A stretch of 37,387 nt of DNA from a virus (IMGVR_UViG_2563366935_000005); one strand, 5' to 3'; counted from the stretch's first letter, positions 26,129-36,722 are shown. Translations and numbers: made by a program. Notes: generated by a model from the sequence alone, not told the origin.

Positions 26129-26649
26129 TATGCAGCCCTCACGATATAGTTAAATGCAATATTTCGTGGACGGGTTTCACTCCCGCCAGTATTACCGATA
26201 CTCCCTCGTGAATGAAGTGTCGGTGATGGGATCAGACTCCCTCCTGTATTTGTGGCATCAAGTCCCCGTCCTTGTGTGTATGTCTTTTTGAAAATCGTAG
26301 CCAGTTCCCATTCATCTTTTGTGTCGTAACCATCATTGGCAACAACAATATGGCGGTGTTTTTCCAGCATCCCTGTCTGAATGCTCAATAAAACACGTCC
26401 TGCATCAATACCGCGCCCGTCATCCCAGCCACGAATAAACTCACCACGTAAATCAGGCAATTTATTTGTCGGATAAGCCTTTGCCAGTTCCGGGTATTCT
26501 TCAGCAGAAAAATCCGCACCGTTGCATTTCAGCCAGCCTGTTGGCGGTGTGGCTGAAGGCCATGGAACAGGCACACCAACAGGTAATGCAGAGCCTTCTC
26601 CCAAACCAACGTTTAAGAAAATGCAGCGATTACGACTAACTGGCATCAT
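26128..26649 (-). CDS. Alternative tail-fibre C-terminal receptor-binding segment (H'), expressed only after inversion fuses it to H
   Basis: Shares the GLGE junction residues with H at the crossover; tail-collar-like motifs (LKCNGADFSAEEYPELAKAY...LPDLRGEFIRGWDDGRGIDAGR); has no promoter or constant N-terminus of its own in this orientation. Confidence 0.65.
   Translation of the reverse strand: MMPVSRNRCIFLNVGLGEGSALPVGVPVPWPSATPPTGWLKCNGADFSAEEYPELAKAYPTNKLPDLRGEFIRGWDDGRGIDAGRVLLSIQTGMLEKHRHIVVANDGYDTKDEWELATIFKKTYTQGRGLDATNTGGSLIPSPTLHSRGSIGNTGGSETRPRNIAFNYIVRAA
26596..26621. repeat. Hin/Gin-type recombination site 2 (ttctcccaaacc aa cgtttaagaaaa), right end of the invertible segment
   Basis: Inverted copy of the site-1 arm; located at the 5' end of H' and just upstream of the invertase gene. 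Confidence 0.5.
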
Positions 26650-26676
26650 CCCCGGTTTTTATTCAGGAGATTGATC

Positions 26677-27243
26677 ATGCTTATTGGCTATGTACGCGTG
26701 TCAACAAATGACCAGAACACCGATTTGCAACGTAATGCACTGAACTGCGCGGGATGTGAGCGGATTTTTGAGGACAAAATCAGTGGCACTAAGTCCGACA
26801 GACCGGGGCTTAAAAAACTGCTCAGGACACTATCGGCAGGTGACACACTGGTTGTCTGGAAGCTGGACAGGTTGGGGCGCAGTATGCGGCATCTTGTTAC
26901 GCTGATAGAAGAGTTGCGCCAGCGCGGCGTGAATTTCCGAAGCCTGACTGACAGTATTGATACCAGTACCCCAATGGGCCGTTTCTTTTTTCATGTCATG
27001 GGTGCCCTGGCTGAAATGGAACGCGAACTGATAGTTGAACGTACCAGGGCAGGGCTGGCTGCAGCTCGTGCTAAAGGCAGAGTAGGTGGACGCCGTCCTA
27101 AGTTGACTACCGAACAGTGGGCACAGATTGGGCGTTTACTCGAGGCCGGAGAATCAAGACAGCGTATTGCACTGATTTTTGATGTAGGCGTTTCTACCAT
27201 TTATAGAAAATTTCCGGCAAATAAGAGCAATGAATCTCCCTGA
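26677..27243 (+). CDS. Serine recombinase DNA invertase (Hin/Gin/Cin/Pin family), 188 aa
   Basis: N-terminal catalytic motif LIGYVRVSTNDQ with the Ser nucleophile; C-terminal HTH; AGGAGA RBS; adjacent to the invertible tail-fibre segment. Confidence 0.85.
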   Translation: MLIGYVRVSTNDQNTDLQRNALNCAGCERIFEDKISGTKSDRPGLKKLLRTLSAGDTLVVWKLDRLGRSMRHLVTLIEELRQRGVNFRSLTDSIDTSTPMGRFFFHVMGALAEMERELIVERTRAGLAAARAKGRVGGRRPKLTTEQWAQIGRLLEAGESRQRIALIFDVGVSTIYRKFPANKSNESP

Positions 27244-27291
27244 ATCAGCATTATTTTGATTATTCCTGCAAGCGGACAAATACCGTCATTT

Positions 27292-27309
27292 TGTGTGAAT
27301 AACGGTACA
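27292..27309. promoter_or_regulatory. Ogr-type late activator box TGT-N12-ACA upstream of FI
   Basis: tgt gtgaataacggt aca, about 85 bp upstream of the FI start codon. Confidence 0.5.
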
Positions 27310-27385
27310 ACTGCGTTTAGCTGTTTGTCGGACACAATCACTTCAACATAGGGCGAAGCCTAATCCAATCAGGAGGTTCGCCGCT

Positions 27386-28558
27386 ATGGCTCAGGATTAC
27401 CACCACGGGGTGCGCGTTGTTGAAGTCAACGAAGGCACCCGATCCATTACCACGGTGAGCACCGCCATCGTGGGTATGGTCTGCACGGGCGATGATGCCG
27501 ATGCAAAAATGTTTCCTCTTAATAAACCCGTGCTGATCACTGATGTGCTGACTGCCAGCGGTAAAGCGGGTGAGTCCGGTACGCTGGCCCGTTCGCTGGA
27601 CGCCATCGCTGACCAGGCAAAACCCGTGACCGTTGTTGTGCGTGTGCCGCAGGGTGAAACGGAAGAAGAAACCACGACCAATATCATCGGAGCAGTGACC
27701 GCTGAAGGTAAAAAAACAGGCATGAAAGCCTTGTTATCTGCCCAGTCACAGCTTGGCGTTAAACCGCGCATTCTCGGCGTGCCAGGCCACGACACCAAGG
27801 CGGTAGCTACTGAGTTGCTGAGCGTGGCGCAAAGCCTGCGTGGATTTGCTTACCTGTCAGCGTATGGCTGCAAGACGGTACAGGAGGCGATCACTTACCG
27901 TGAAAACTTCAGCCAGCGCGAAGGGATGCTGATCTGGCCTGACTTTACTGGCTGGGACACGGTGCTGAATGCCGAAGCAACGGCATATGCCACCGCCCGT
28001 GCGCTTGGTCTGCGCGCCAAAATTGACGAGCAGACCGGATGGCACAAAAGCCTGTCCAACGTGGGCGTGAACGGTGTCACCGGAATTTCTGCTGATGTGT
28101 TCTGGGATCTGCAGGACACGGCAACAGATGCGGGACTGCTGAACCAGAACGACGTCACCACCCTTATCCGCAAAGACGGTTTCCGCTTCTGGGGTTCCCG
28201 CTGCCTGAGTGATGACCCGCTCTTTGCCTTCGAAAACTACACCCGCACGGCGCAAGTACTTATGGACACAATGGCAGAAGCGCATATGTGGGCGGTGGAC
28301 AAACCGCTGAACCCGTCGTTGGCCCGCGACATTATCGAAGGTATCCGCGCCAAAATGCGCAGCCTGGTCAGTCAGGGCTATCTCATTGGTGGTGATTGCT
28401 GGCTGGATGAGTCGGTGAACGACAAAGATACTCTGAAAGCCGGGAAGCTCACCATCGACTACGACTACACGCCAGTGCCGCCACTTGAAAATCTGATGCT
28501 GCGTCAGCGCATCACCGATCAGTACCTGGTGAATTTCTCCAGCCAGGTCAGCGCGTAA
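27386..28558 (+). CDS. FI: Contractile tail sheath protein (P2 gpFI-like), 390 aa
   Basis: Size and position ahead of the tube gene; P2 FI-like sequence. Confidence 0.9.
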   Translation: MAQDYHHGVRVVEVNEGTRSITTVSTAIVGMVCTGDDADAKMFPLNKPVLITDVLTASGKAGESGTLARSLDAIADQAKPVTVVVRVPQGETEEETTTNIIGAVTAEGKKTGMKALLSAQSQLGVKPRILGVPGHDTKAVATELLSVAQSLRGFAYLSAYGCKTVQEAITYRENFSQREGMLIWPDFTGWDTVLNAEATAYATARALGLRAKIDEQTGWHKSLSNVGVNGVTGISADVFWDLQDTATDAGLLNQNDVTTLIRKDGFRFWGSRCLSDDPLFAFENYTRTAQVLMDTMAEAHMWAVDKPLNPSLARDIIEGIRAKMRSLVSQGYLIGGDCWLDESVNDKDTLKAGKLTIDYDYTPVPPLENLMLRQRITDQYLVNFSSQVSA

Positions 28559-28567
28559 GGGGACAAC

Positions 28568-29083
28568 ATGGCTTTACCACGCAAATTAAAACACCTGAAC
28601 CTGTTTAACGACGGGAACAACTGGCAGGGGATCGTTGAGTCGCTGACGCTGCCGAAATTCACCCGCAAATATGAGAAGTATCGCGGCGGCGGAATGCCGG
28701 GGGCGGTGGATGTGGATCTGGGGCTTGATGACAGTGCTCTGGACACAGAATTTTCCATTGGTGGTACTGAGCTACTGCTGTTTAAGCAGATGGGCAAAGC
28801 CACGGTGGATGGCATCCAGTTGCGCTTTACCGGCTCTATCCAGCGTGATGATACCGGGGAAGTGCAGGCCGTGGAGCTTGTGGTGCGTGGACGTCACAAA
28901 GAAGTGGATTCCGGCGAGTGGAAGACGGGCGAAAGCAACACCACTAAAGTGACCAGTACCAACAGCTACGCGAAGCTGACTATCAATGGTGAGGTGCTCT
29001 ATGAAGTGGACCTTATCAACATGGTGGAAATTGTGGACGGTGTGGACCTGATGGAAGCGCACCGCAACGCCCTCGGCCTCTGA
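28568..29083 (+). CDS. FII: Tail tube protein (P2 gpFII-like), 171 aa
   Basis: Size (P2 FII is about 172 aa) and position. Confidence 0.9.
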   Translation: MALPRKLKHLNLFNDGNNWQGIVESLTLPKFTRKYEKYRGGGMPGAVDVDLGLDDSALDTEFSIGGTELLLFKQMGKATVDGIQLRFTGSIQRDDTGEVQAVELVVRGRHKEVDSGEWKTGESNTTKVTSTNSYAKLTINGEVLYEVDLINMVEIVDGVDLMEAHRNALGL

Positions 29084-29137
29084 TGTATCTGAACGGCGCG
29101 GAATGCCGCGCCAGAACCTAATTTACAGGACAGCAAA

Positions 29138-29440
29138 ATGAGCGATAAGCAGACTGAAAAGACCATTCAACTGGATACCCCCATCATGCGTGGTAAAACT
29201 GAAATCACCGAAATTGTGCTGCGTAAACCGCAGTCCGGTGCGCTGCGCGGTACACGCCTGCAGGCCATTATGGATATGGATGTGAACGCGATGATGACCG
29301 TGATCCCCCGCATCTCCAGCCCGGCGCTGACTGCACAGGAAATTGCAGAGATGGACCCGGCAGATCTCACTGCCATGTCGGTTGAGGTTGTCACTTTTTT
29401 GTTGAAGAAGTCGGTGCTTGCCGGTTTACCGACAGCCTGA
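29138..29440 (+). CDS. E: Tail assembly chaperone E, 100 aa
   Basis: Position between FII and the tape measure gene; contains the slippery heptamer near its 3' end. Confidence 0.8.
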   Translation: MSDKQTEKTIQLDTPIMRGKTEITEIVLRKPQSGALRGTRLQAIMDMDVNAMMTVIPRISSPALTAQEIAEMDPADLTAMSVEVVTFLLKKSVLAGLPTA

Positions 29441-29574
29441 CGGTTGACGATCTGGTGGCAGATATCGCCACCATTTTTCACTGGCCGCCATCCGTTACTG
29501 ACGTTATGCCGCTGACCGAAGTGCTGGAATGGCGGTATAAAGCGATTCAGAGAAGCGGGGCCAACGATGAGTGA
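29138..29574 (+). CDS. Tail assembly chaperone E+E', product of a programmed -1 frameshift at T_TTT_TTG (29395-29401)
   Basis: Slippery heptamer in the 0 frame (ACT TTT TTG); the -1 frame stays open for 57 codons to TGA at 29572-29574, overlapping the T start, as in P2 E/E'. Confidence 0.6.
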
Positions 29575-32500
29575 TAATAACCTGCGCCTGCAGGTCATTC
29601 TTAATGCGGTTGACAAACTCACCCGCCCATTCCGTGCTGCACAGGCCAGTTCGAAAGAGCTGGCTGGCGCAATTCAGAATACCCGAAACAGCCTCAAAGA
29701 ACTGAATAAGCAGGCTGGCAGAATTGATGAATTTCGCAAGACGCGCTCGCAACTAGCTATAACAGCCAACAACCTGAACGCAGCCCGCGAAGAGGCGGCA
29801 AAACTCGCCACACAATTTGCTGCCACTAACAGGCCAACCGCCGCGCAGGCAAAGTTATTCAGTCAGGCCAAAACACGAGTACAGGAACTTCAGCAGACCT
29901 ATAACGGCTTGTTGGGGGCGGTCCAGAGACAACGTCAGGCACTTAAAGAATCAGGGATTGATACCAGACAACTCAGTAGTGCCCAGCGAGAACTTAAGAA
30001 AAATGCTGAAGAAACAAGGCAGGCACTGGAGGGCCAGCAAAAAGCACTTAAACGTCTGGGTGAACAACAGGCACGGATGAACGCTGCCAGAGAACAATAC
30101 TCAAGACGGCTTGAAGTGCGCGATCGCATCGCAGGAGCCGGAGCCACTACCACGGCTGCAGGGCTGGCAATGGGTGCGCCAGTGATGGCGGCAGTAAAAA
30201 GCTATATCAGCATGGAAGATGCCATGAAAGGTGTGGCAAAGCAGGTCAATGGTCTGCGTGACGATAATGGCAACCGCACTGCACGCTTTTATGAAATGCA
30301 GGATGCCATCAAGGCTGTCAGCGAACAGTTGCCGATGGAAAATGGTGCGGTGGACTTCGCTGCACTGGTTGAAGGTGGTGCGCGCATGAACGTCGCAAAC
30401 CCTGACGACAGCTGGGAAGACCAGAAACGTGACCTGCTGGCCTTCGCCAGTACGGCAGCAAAGGCGGCAACAGCCTTTGAGCTGCCAGCGGATGAACTGT
30501 CAGAAAGTCTGGGGAAAATCGCCCAGCTCTACAAAATACCTACCCGCAATATTGAACAGCTCGGCGATGCGCTGAACTATCTGGATGATAACGCTATGTC
30601 GAAAGGGGCGGACATCATTGATGTGATGCAACGTCTGGGCGGTGTGGCTGACCGTCTGGATTATCGTAAAGCGGCGGCACTGGGTTCCACCTTTCTGACA
30701 CTGGGCGCTGCGCCGGAGGTTGCAGCCAGTGCAGCAAACGCGATGGTGCGTGAATTGTCCATTGCCACCATGCAAAGCAAGAGTTTCTTTGAAGGGATGA
30801 ATCTGCTGAAACTCAATCCTGAAGTGATTGAAAAGCAGATGACGAAGGATGCGATGGGAACTATCCAGCGTGTGCTGGAGAAGGTGAACGCACTGCCGCA
30901 GGACAAGCGTCTGTCTGCCATGACCATGTTGTTTGGTAAAGAGTTTGGTGATGACGCGGCGAAACTGGCAAACAACCTTCCGGAACTGCAGCGCCAGCTA
31001 AAACTGACAGCGGGCAATGATGCGCTCGGTTCCATGCAGAAAGAATCCGACATCAACAAAGACTCACTTTCTGCTCAGTGGTTGCTGGTCAAAACCGGAG
31101 CGCAGAACACCTTCAGCAGCCTGGGCGAAACGCTGCGCCAGCCGCTGATGGATATTCTGTACACGGTGAAAAGCATCACGGGGGCGTTGCGCCGCTGGGT
31201 GGAAGCTAACCCGGAACTGACAGGCACACTGATGAAAGTAGCGGCTGTTGTGGCTGCGGTTACCGTAGGCCTCGGCACCTTAGCGGTGGCGCTGGCTGCA
31301 GTGCTGGGGCCGCTGGCAGTCATCCGTCTGGGATTCTCTGTGCTGGGTATCAAAACGTTATCTTCCGTTACGGCAGCAGTAACACGAACCAGCAGCGCGT
31401 TGTCCTGGTTAGCTGGCGCTCCACTGGCACTGCTGCGACGCGGGCTTGCTTCATCGGGCAACGCAGCGGGTTTACTTACTGCGCCGTTGTCGTCTTTGCG
31501 CCGCACGGCATCACTGACGGGGAATGTCCTGAAAACTGTAGCAGGTGTGCCGGTTGCACTGTTGCGGTCTGGATTATCCGGTTTACGTGCTGTTGCTGTG
31601 ATGTTTATGAATCCACTGGCAGCACTACGCGGTGGACTGGCTGCCGCAGGCTCGGTGCTGCGAGTACTGGCATCTGGTCCGCTGGCGATGCTGCGAGTTG
31701 CCCTGTATGCCATATCTGGTCTGTTAGGTGCTCTGCTCAGTCCGATAGGTCTTGTGGTTACTGCACTGGCGGGCGTGGCGCTGGTTGTCTGGAAATACTG
31801 GCAACCCATCACCGCATTTCTCGCTGGTGTGGTGGAAGGATTCAAAGCGGCGGCAGGTCCCATCAGTGCAGCATTCGAACCACTTAAGCCTGTGTTTCAG
31901 TGGATTGGCGACAAAGTGCAGGCGTTGTGGGGCTGGTTTACTGATCTGCTGACGCCCGTTAAGTCGACCTCTGCCGAACTGCAGAGCGCAGCGGCAATGG
32001 GGCGACGATTCGGGGAGGCACTGGCGGAAGGGCTGAATATGGTCATGCATCCGCTGGACTCCCTGAAATCCGGCGTTTCCTGGTTGCTGGAGAAACTCGG
32101 CATTGTCAGTAAAGAGGCTGCAAAGGCGAAACTGCCGGAAAGAGTGACGCGTCAGCAACCTGCGACTGTGAATGCAGACGGTAAAGTGATGATGCCATCG
32201 GGTGGTTTTCCATCATGGGGATATGGCTTTGCGGGGATGTATGACAGCGGCGGGTATATCCCGCGCGGGCAGTTTGGTATCGTCGGTGAAAACGGGCCGG
32301 AAATTGTTAACGGCCCGGCAAATGTGACCAGCCGGAGAAATACCGCTGCACTGGCTGCCGTTGTTGCCGGAATGATGGGCGTTGCTGCCGCGCCTGCAGA
32401 GCTTCCACCGTTGCACCCTTTGGCACTTCCCGCGAAAGGCGGCGAAGCGATGGTGAGTCGTGCAGCCACTGTGCCGCCCGTTCAACGGATTGAGGCACCG

Positions 32501-32644
32501 ATGCAGATCATCATTCAGACGCAGCCAGGACAAAGTGCGCAGGATATTGCGCGGGAGGTAGCCCGCCAGCTTGATGAACGCGAACGCAGGCTGAAAGCAA
32601 AAGCCAGGAGTAACTACAGCGATCAGGGGGGATACGACGCATGA
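29567..32644 (+). CDS. T: Tail tape measure protein (P2 gpT-like), 1025 aa
   Basis: Largest tail ORF after E/E'; long helical N-terminal half and Ala/Gly/Leu-rich hydrophobic middle region typical of tape measure proteins. Confidence 0.85.
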   Translation: MSDNNLRLQVILNAVDKLTRPFRAAQASSKELAGAIQNTRNSLKELNKQAGRIDEFRKTRSQLAITANNLNAAREEAAKLATQFAATNRPTAAQAKLFSQAKTRVQELQQTYNGLLGAVQRQRQALKESGIDTRQLSSAQRELKKNAEETRQALEGQQKALKRLGEQQARMNAAREQYSRRLEVRDRIAGAGATTTAAGLAMGAPVMAAVKSYISMEDAMKGVAKQVNGLRDDNGNRTARFYEMQDAIKAVSEQLPMENGAVDFAALVEGGARMNVANPDDSWEDQKRDLLAFASTAAKAATAFELPADELSESLGKIAQLYKIPTRNIEQLGDALNYLDDNAMSKGADIIDVMQRLGGVADRLDYRKAAALGSTFLTLGAAPEVAASAANAMVRELSIATMQSKSFFEGMNLLKLNPEVIEKQMTKDAMGTIQRVLEKVNALPQDKRLSAMTMLFGKEFGDDAAKLANNLPELQRQLKLTAGNDALGSMQKESDINKDSLSAQWLLVKTGAQNTFSSLGETLRQPLMDILYTVKSITGALRRWVEANPELTGTLMKVAAVVAAVTVGLGTLAVALAAVLGPLAVIRLGFSVLGIKTLSSVTAAVTRTSSALSWLAGAPLALLRRGLASSGNAAGLLTAPLSSLRRTASLTGNVLKTVAGVPVALLRSGLSGLRAVAVMFMNPLAALRGGLAAAGSVLRVLASGPLAMLRVALYAISGLLGALLSPIGLVVTALAGVALVVWKYWQPITAFLAGVVEGFKAAAGPISAAFEPLKPVFQWIGDKVQALWGWFTDLLTPVKSTSAELQSAAAMGRRFGEALAEGLNMVMHPLDSLKSGVSWLLEKLGIVSKEAAKAKLPERVTRQQPATVNADGKVMMPSGGFPSWGYGFAGMYDSGGYIPRGQFGIVGENGPEIVNGPANVTSRRNTAALAAVVAGMMGVAAAPAELPPLHPLALPAKGGEAMVSRAATVPPVQRIEAPMQIIIQTQPGQSAQDIAREVARQLDERERRLKAKARSNYSDQGGYDA

Positions 32645-33126
32645 TGATGGTGCTGGGATTGTACGTGTTTATGCTGCGCACCGTGCCGTATCAGGAGCTG
32701 CAGTATCAACGCAGCTGGCGACATGCGGCAAACAGCCGGGTAAACCGACGTCCGTCCACGCAGTTTCTGGGACCGGACAACGACATGCTGACGCTTTCCG
32801 GTGTTCTTATGCCGGAGATAACAGGTGGCAGGCTGTCGTTGCTGGCACTGGAGCAGATGGCAGAACAGGGGAAAGCATGGCCCCTGATTGAAGGCAGCGG
32901 CACGATTTATGGCATGTATGTGATTGAGGGACTGAATCAGACTAAAACGGAGTTTTTCCGCGACGGTATGCCGCGCCGGATTGAGTTCACCCTGTCGCTC
33001 AAACGGGTGGATGAATCCCTGTCCGATATGTTCGGTGATCTCAGTGCGCAACTGAATAATCTGCAGGAAACGGCAACGTCTGCCTTAAGCGATATCAGTA
33101 AAACGGTGGGAGGGCTGCTGTCGTGA
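32641..33126 (+). CDS. U: Tail protein U, 161 aa
   Basis: Size and position match P2 U; ATGA overlap with T. Confidence 0.85.
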   Translation: MMMVLGLYVFMLRTVPYQELQYQRSWRHAANSRVNRRPSTQFLGPDNDMLTLSGVLMPEITGGRLSLLALEQMAEQGKAWPLIEGSGTIYGMYVIEGLNQTKTEFFRDGMPRRIEFTLSLKRVDESLSDMFGDLSAQLNNLQETATSALSDISKTVGGLLS

Positions 33127-34223
33127 ATTTCAGCTCTGAACTGCTTAACAAAGGCAACAAAACTCCCGCATTCAGCATCAGTATTGAGGGCAGGGATATC
33201 ACCACTGTGCTGGATAACCGCCTGATGAGTTTGACGCTGACGGATAACCGGGGCTTTGAAGCGGACCAGCTTGATCTGGAGCTGGATGACGCTGACGGAA
33301 AAATCGTGCTGCCGCGCCGTGGTGCGGTCATTACGCTGGCGCTGGGCTGGAAGGGGCAGCCGCTTTTCCCTAAAGGGGCATTCACAGTGGACGAGATTGA
33401 ACACACTGGCGCACCGGACCGCCTGACTATCCGGGCGCGAAGTGCTGATTTTCGGGAAACGCTGAATACCCGCCGTGAAAAATCGTGGCATAAGACCACC
33501 GTCGGGGAAGTGGTGAAGGAAATAGCCGCGCGGCACAAGCTGAAGATGGCACTGGGTAAAGACCTGTCGGATAAGCCCGTGGAGCATATAGACCAGACTA
33601 ATGAGAGTGACGGCAGTTTTCTGATGCGGCTGGCGAGACAGTACGGTGCCATCGCGTCGGTGAAAAATGGCAATCTGTTATTCATCCGGCAGGGGCAGGG
33701 CAAAAGCGCCAGCGGTAAACCACTACCGGTTATCACTATCACACGCAAGGACGGCGACAGTCACCGCTTTACCCTGGCAGATCGCGGAGCCTACACGGGC
33801 GTAATTGCCAGCTGGTTGCATACCCGCGAACCCGAGAAGAAAGAAAGCACCACGGTGAAGCGTAAGCGCAGGACTAAGAAGCAGAAGAAAGAGCCGGAAG
33901 CGAAGCAGGGCGATTACCTGGTGGGTACGGATGAAAACGTGCTGGTACTTAATCGCACTTATGCCAACCGGAGCAACGCCGAACGAGCGGCGAAAATGCA
34001 GTGGGAACGCCTGCAACGCGGCGTTGCGTCATTCTCGCTACAACTGGCAGAAGGTCGGGCAGATCTCTACACGGAAATGCCTGTGAAGGTCAGTGGCTTT
34101 AAACAGCCGATAGATGATGCGGAATGGACCATTACCACCCTGACGCATACTGTCAGCCCGGATAACGGTTTTACGACCAGTCTGGAGCTTGAAGTGAAGA
34201 TTGATGATTTCGAAATTGAATGA
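33123..34223 (+). CDS. D: Tail protein D (late control gene D), 366 aa
   Basis: GTG start overlapping the U stop; resembles P2 D, including the Lys-rich central linker. Confidence 0.85.
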   Translation: MNFSSELLNKGNKTPAFSISIEGRDITTVLDNRLMSLTLTDNRGFEADQLDLELDDADGKIVLPRRGAVITLALGWKGQPLFPKGAFTVDEIEHTGAPDRLTIRARSADFRETLNTRREKSWHKTTVGEVVKEIAARHKLKMALGKDLSDKPVEHIDQTNESDGSFLMRLARQYGAIASVKNGNLLFIRQGQGKSASGKPLPVITITRKDGDSHRFTLADRGAYTGVIASWLHTREPEKKESTTVKRKRRTKKQKKEPEAKQGDYLVGTDENVLVLNRTYANRSNAERAAKMQWERLQRGVASFSLQLAEGRADLYTEMPVKVSGFKQPIDDAEWTITTLTHTVSPDNGFTTSLELEVKIDDFEIE

Positions 34224-34313
34224 TTCTTCGCAATGGAGAACTTTTAAGTTTTCAAAATGGAATAATGCGGTATCATTATTGTGAATTTAGCAAAAATGGG
34301 GAGAACTCGAAAA

Positions 34314-34532
34314 ATGATGATTTGCCCACTGTGTGGAAGTGCCGCCCATACTCGCAGCAGTTTTCAGGTATCTTCATTGACCAAAGAGCGTTACAACCAG
34401 TGCCAGAACATTAACTGCAGCCATACTTTTGTTACCCATGAAACTTTTGTTCGTTCGATTGCAACGCCAAAAGAGTCAAATCCGGTTCAGCCGCATCCAA
34501 TGAAATCAGGACAGGTGGCGCTCTCTCTTTGA
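34314..34532 (+). CDS. ogr: Ogr/Delta-type zinc-finger late transcription activator, 72 aa
   Basis: MMICPLCGSAAHTRSS...ERYNQCQNINCSHTFVTHE closely parallels P2 Ogr (CPLCQHAAHARTS...ERYHQCQNVNCSATF); same length as P2 Ogr; RBS GGGGAGA; last phage gene before attR. Confidence 0.85.
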   Translation: MMICPLCGSAAHTRSSFQVSSLTKERYNQCQNINCSHTFVTHETFVRSIATPKESNPVQPHPMKSGQVALSL

Positions 34533-34534
34533 CT

Positions 34535-34555
34535 CTGCCGCCAATTTGTCGCCAT
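34535..34555 (+). repeat. attR core candidate (ctgccgccaatttgtcgccat), 2 nt after the ogr stop
   Basis: 19/21 identity with 21-41; unrelated flanks; position exactly at the phage/host junction. Confidence 0.5.
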
Positions 34556-34618
34556 CGTTAAAAAACACTGCTTCTAACATCATGATTTTAAAAGGCATAA
34601 ATTTCAGGCAACAAAAAA

Positions 34619-34655
34619 CCCATCAACCTTGAACCGAAATGGCGGGGTTGATGGG
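34619..34655 (-). terminator. Possible terminator hairpin downstream of ybjL (10-bp stem, long loop)
   Basis: cccatcaacc / ggttgatggg inverted repeat preceded by an A-run on the plus strand (a T-run after the hairpin on the minus strand); the 17-nt loop is atypical. Confidence 0.3.
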
Positions 34656-34767
34656 CTCCACAAAATGGGGACATCAAAGAAAAGCAGTGGCACTAATTAA
34701 GACTGATGCCCTGCGGAAAAGTTCTGCGGTTGTGCAAAAAAATTTCATTTTCAGGGCAACTTCAGTT

Positions 34768-36453
34768 TTATCCTAATCCTGGCCATACCATGACGATGAT
34801 TGTCCCTGCCAGCGTCAGCAGGACGTTGGCGATTGCATAGGTGCCCGCATAGCCCAGCGCCGGGATGTTACTGCGAGCTGTATCACTGATGATCTCCATT
34901 GCCGGCGCGCAGGTGCGTGCGCCCATCATTGCGCCGAACAACAGTGCGCGGTTCATTCGCAATACATAAGCACCGAACAAGAAACAGATAACCACTGGCA
35001 CAAGACTGACAATCAATCCGGCAATCAACATCTGACCGCCAATCGCGCCCAGGCCGTTATTAATACCGCTACCGGCGCTCAGACCAACGCCTGCCATAAA
35101 CACCATTAAGCCGAACTCTTTCACCATGCTTAATGCACCCTGCGGAATGTAACCGAAGGTCGGGTGGTTAGCGCGCATAAATCCCAGCATAATTCCGGCG
35201 AATAACAACCCGGCAGCGTTCCCCATGCCGAAACTGAATGTGCTGAACTGGAAGGTGATCATCCCGATCATCAGCCCAATAACAAAGAAGGCGCAGAATG
35301 CCAGCAAGTCAGTGACCTGGCTGTGAATCGAGATAAAGCCGATGCGATCGGCGATGGTTTTTACGCGACGGGCATCGCCGCTGACTTGTAAAACGTCACC
35401 TTTGTTAAGCACGACGTTGTCATCTATCGGCATCTCAATCTGGCTACGAATGACGCGGTTAAGGAAGCAACCGTGATCGGTCAACTTCAGTTGTGCGAGA
35501 CGTTTGCCCACGGCGTTATGGTTTTTAACGACCACTTCTTCAGTGACGATACGCATGTCGAGAAGGTCACGATCGAAAACTTCTTTGCCGTTACGGAAGC
35601 TGGGATCGAGTCGTGCGTGGGCGTCGGGATAGCCTACCAACGCTATTTCATCGCCCATTTGTAGCACAGCATCACCGTCTGGATTCGCCAGAATCCCGTT
35701 ACGTCGAATACGTTCAATGTAGCAGCCAGTTTGTCGATAAATACCCAGTTCACGCAGATTTTTGCCGTCGGTCCAGGCCACCAGCTCCGGGCCGACGCGG
35801 TAGGCGCGGATCACCGGTAAATAAACCTTACGGTTGGCATCAGTGTCCAGGCCACGTTCGCGGGCGATTTGCTGGGCGCTGGTCTGTAAGTCCTGATGCT
35901 GCAATTTCGGCAAGTAACGCGCACCAACAATCAAACTCACCAGACCGATTAAATAGGTTAAGGCATACCCGAGGCTCAGATTATCCAGTGCCAGTGAGAG
36001 CTGCCTGCTTTCCATGCCGGAATGACGCAGTGTATCGCCAGCACCGACCAGAACCGGTGTCGACGTCATAGAGCCAGCTAACATACCGGCCGTCAGGCCA
36101 ATATCCCAGCCAAACAGCTTACCTAACCCTAAGGCGATCACCAGCGCACTGCCAACCATCACCAGTGCTAACATTAGGTAATTTTTCCCATCGCGAAAAA
36201 AAATGGAAAAAAAGTTCGGTCCGGCTTCGACCCCGACGCAGAAAATAAACAGCATAAAGCCAAGATTAAGCGCGTCGGTGTTAATGCTGAAATGTTGTTG
36301 GCCTAATAACAGCGATACGACTAAAACGCCAATGGAATTACCCAGTTGGATCGAACCAAGTCGTAATTTCCCGAGACATAGCCCAAGCGCGAGGACCACA
36401 AATAATAACAGAATGTAATTCCCATTTAACAATTCGGCGACGTTTATATTCAC
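34768..36453 (-). CDS. ybjL: Putative transporter YbjL (AAE-family, two TrkA-C-type domains), 561 aa
   Basis: Length and sequence recognised as E. coli YbjL ([33 protein letters not shown]...); host gene flanking the prophage. Confidence 0.85.
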
Positions 36454-36722
36454 GGAGGCTAACTTCTTGTTTACTAGTAAGCTGTTGAAAGAAATGGTAA
36501 TTTACGATAATGTTTTTTACCAGAATTCAGGGCGCAGATTCATTCAGCGCACCTAAAAGATAGTAAAGTAACAATATATTTTACTAGTGTAATCACATTA
36601 GGTATCAACGGCTATATGAATTGCGTTGGCCTATATTAGCATGGAATGCGAAGCGGCTTTATCTTACTGAACGCCACACTGGCGAAAAATGTGTTCGATA
36701 GACGCAGTGTCAGGAGGAACGA

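Larger units (their letters stand above)
1..34555. mobile_element. P2/186-like (peduovirus-type) prophage, int to ogr; left boundary at or just inside the window edge
   Basis: Complete canonical P2 gene order and synteny (int, repressor, early operon, A, Q P O N M L X, lysis, R S V W J I H G, FI FII E T U D, ogr) flanked by a 21-bp direct repeat; host genes resume after 34555. Confidence 0.9.

Noticed and set aside
34556-34767. tRNA or tmRNA gene as integration target next to attR
   Set aside because: No cloverleaf-compatible sequence or conserved tRNA boxes seen; the hairpin at 34619-34655 has a long loop and fits a terminator or plain intergenic structure better.
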